Source: Iphione sp. A-MEVVRFRX5 (lineage: Eukaryota). Taken from it: a DNA stretch of 64,000 bases. The translations under genes were made by a program, and so were the position numbers. The notes beneath the pieces were generated by a model that saw only the letters and a list, made by a program, of their open reading frames with translations, did not search any database and was not told the origin of the DNA. Each line of letters starts with the position of its first letter. The stretch's first letter is position 1. The DNA is taken from NCBI GenBank assembly GCA_976226885.1, contig OZ320319.1, forward strand, positions 77,810,001 to 77,874,000, written 5' to 3'. This document shows, in pieces, positions 62,041 through 64,000 of this stretch.

Positions 62041-62356
62041 ACGATTCGTCCGCCTTGGCACTCTTCTTAACCTTCCGCCCGGTCGGACCTGCTTTCTTCG
62101 CCTTCGTCGTTGTCCTTCCTGTAGCCGCGCCAGACGCGCCCCCCTGGGCGGTGCCACTAGCTGCGCCATCATCGTCGCCGTCGTCGGCATCGTCGACTAC
62201 TTCCGGTGCGTCGTTGTCACTAGTGGAAGCCGCCGCCGCTCCATCGGCCGATCCAGAAGGGCCCGCTTCGTTTTGGTCTTTGAGGGTGGAGAAGATTCGC
62301 ACGAGGTCAGGCTTCATTGCTCCTCGTTCCCGCTGGCGAACTTCCTCTTCAAAGGC
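61874..62356 (-). CDS. vWA / ET-like gene, linker exon (161 codons; Ala/Thr/Lys-rich low complexity, Thr-Ala hexamer repeat)
   Basis: ttgcag|AFEEEVRQRERGAM...PKRRRRQ|gtaaaa; phase 0/0. Confidence 0.85.
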
Positions 62357-62418
62357 CTGCAAGGTGGCGTGGGTTATAAAGGACCCTCTTAATAAACTGA
62401 GACTCACTGGAATTATTC

Positions 62419-62442
62419 ACACACACACACACACACGCACAT

Positions 62443-62478
<36 letters not shown>
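62419..62478. repeat. (CA)n microsatellite
   Basis: Direct reading. Confidence 0.95.
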
Positions 62479-62483
<5 letters not shown>

Positions 62484-62815
62484 TATCAGTATATCTAACG
62501 ATATCGCCAAACTGGTGCCCCTCGGCACATTCGCGTTTGAGACAGGTATAGAAAGGGAAAATATCTATGTTTGAATGATACACATGTTCATTTGATTGTC
62601 AACAATTCAATGATGATTGACGTAATGCAAAGTGGATTCTCGTTATATGAATGCAGGTAAGTTAACAACATTCAGCCAAGAAATTTCATGACGACTACAT
62701 ACTATTCCTGTTTATCAGAATTTACTACGTGAGGAGCAGGACTAACTAAGAAACGTCAGGACTAACAATGAAATACAGGTGTTGTTGCAAAGTAAAGTCA
62801 TGGCGTATGCTTTAC

Positions 62816-62986
62816 ATCAAAGAACTCGGCGCCCTTTTCCCTGTAACATATGGCCATCATCAAGTCGATGATGTTGTTCAGTTCGTCCAGCCTCAGATGA
62901 TTGCCTCCACTTTTCGTCGCCAAGTGCTGGTAAAAGTCGTCTGCCTCCTTGTTATTGAGGCACTGCACGGCATAGATGTGAACTCC
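62816..62986 (-). CDS. vWA / ET-like gene, exon GVHIYAVQCL...DLMMAICYREKGAEFFD (57 codons)
   Basis: ctgtag acceptor and gtaaag donor; C-terminal strands of a vWA fold (GVHIYAV, SGGNHLRL). Confidence 0.9.
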
Positions 62987-63652
62987 CTACAGAAAACATA
63001 ACCCATTCACATACCTCAGTGAGGACATTTCTCTCAATCTTCGCCCCAATAATTTTTTAGTGCCAAACATATAGCTTAATCTAGCATACTGTTTAGATGA
63101 GTTATTAGTTCAAGTTGAAGATGTCTCTCATAATGTCTATCACCTGAACAAGCCGACATATGTAAAATATTTTACTTCTGTTAACGACGGAAAGGGAAAA
63201 AGATTTCTACTGAGAATGTAGAGTTTTATTTGCTTTTAATTTCCCGTTTATACACGTACTTTAAGAACATCTTCTGGACCATAGAAAGGGACTACTACAG
63301 AAATTTATATTGTAGATGAGACACAGAGGAGGATCTCGCCAAGGCCTTTACTGTCATCTAGACACAGAGGGGTGTCAACTATTCTGGTGAAGCGTTATTG
63401 GGTATTTCATTTCAACACGAACCACTATTTGCCTCCTGTATTAAGCGCTAAATGCTATCCAGTAATTATTGGTGAACCGCTACATGCTAATAAATTCTTG
63501 GTGAAGCGTTATCTGCCCATCCTTTAAGCGTTATAGTTGATGTGAATTCTTGGTAAATTGTTATTAGCTATGCCATGCCCCCTCACCCCCTGTCTAGACG
63601 GGTATATATTTGTACGGCTATAACATCTGAGAGATCAAAGCAAATGACTTGC

Positions 63653-64000
63653 CATGTCCACCAGCCTTGCTACCTCTTCACGCCAATCAATGTTATCGAC
63701 ATTGACAGGGCTGTCAACTTCATGGGGAGTGGCATCTCCGATCACCACCAGAGCACGTTGCGCGCCTGGTCGCCAGGACAACTGGTTCCTCACTTGCCGC
63801 AGCACCAACTCGTAGCACTCCTCAAAGTCCCCGCCCCCGGTGCCACCGACACTGCTAATGAACTGACACAGCTCCTGCACGTTGTTGGTGAAGTCCACGT
63901 GTTTGGTGATGTAGCCGTATTCCTTCAGGTCGCAGTAGTCGCCGTGAGCAAACACAGCGATGCGTAGGCCCGGGATGTCCATGTTGAGGCGCTCGACCAC
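63653..64000 (-). CDS. vWA-domain exon (5'-truncated by the window edge)
   Basis: RIAVFAHGDYCD, GGTGGGDFEECYELVL, LSWRPGAQRALVVIGDATPH, DWREEVARLVDM resemble the vwkA-like vWA domain; the exon ends at a GC donor (ATG|GCAAGT). Confidence 0.9.

Noticed and set aside
1-64000. tRNA, rRNA, CRISPR arrays or prokaryotic operons
   Set aside because: None seen; the DNA is spliceosomal-intron-containing eukaryotic sequence, and the tandem repeats lack unique spacers.

Overview
Eukaryotic, intron-rich, AT-rich animal genomic DNA; an invertebrate deuterostome such as amphioxus is my inference from gene content and repeat style, not a verified assignment. Three host genes are supported. (1) A single-coding-exon PTB/PID-domain adaptor (+, 11472-12614). 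(2) A complete 9-exon CRPPA/ISPD gene (-, 47431-36784). (3) The 3' part of an uncharacterised vWA-domain gene whose C-terminus resembles the plant EFFECTOR OF TRANSCRIPTION (ET/HRT) GIY-YIG-like domain (-, >64000 to about 54457), with a GC-AG intron. The most notable object lies in an intron of the vWA gene: a 4.77-kb Penelope-like retroelement (55668-60432) bounded by two apparently identical 257-bp pseudo-LTRs, each carrying a minimal hammerhead ribozyme. Besides RT + GIY-YIG, it carries an unexpected 1.3-kb 3' coding cassette (two C2H2 zinc fingers, a Ser/Thr/Lys/Pro-rich region and a C-terminal domain). ISPD intron 1 holds a truncated Ngaro/DIRS-like element with an intact gag-like ORF between 92-bp direct repeats. 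The rest is MITEs, decayed LINE fragments, mini/microsatellites, inverted repeats and a roughly 24-kb stretch (12.7-36.4 kb) in which I could not identify a coding gene.
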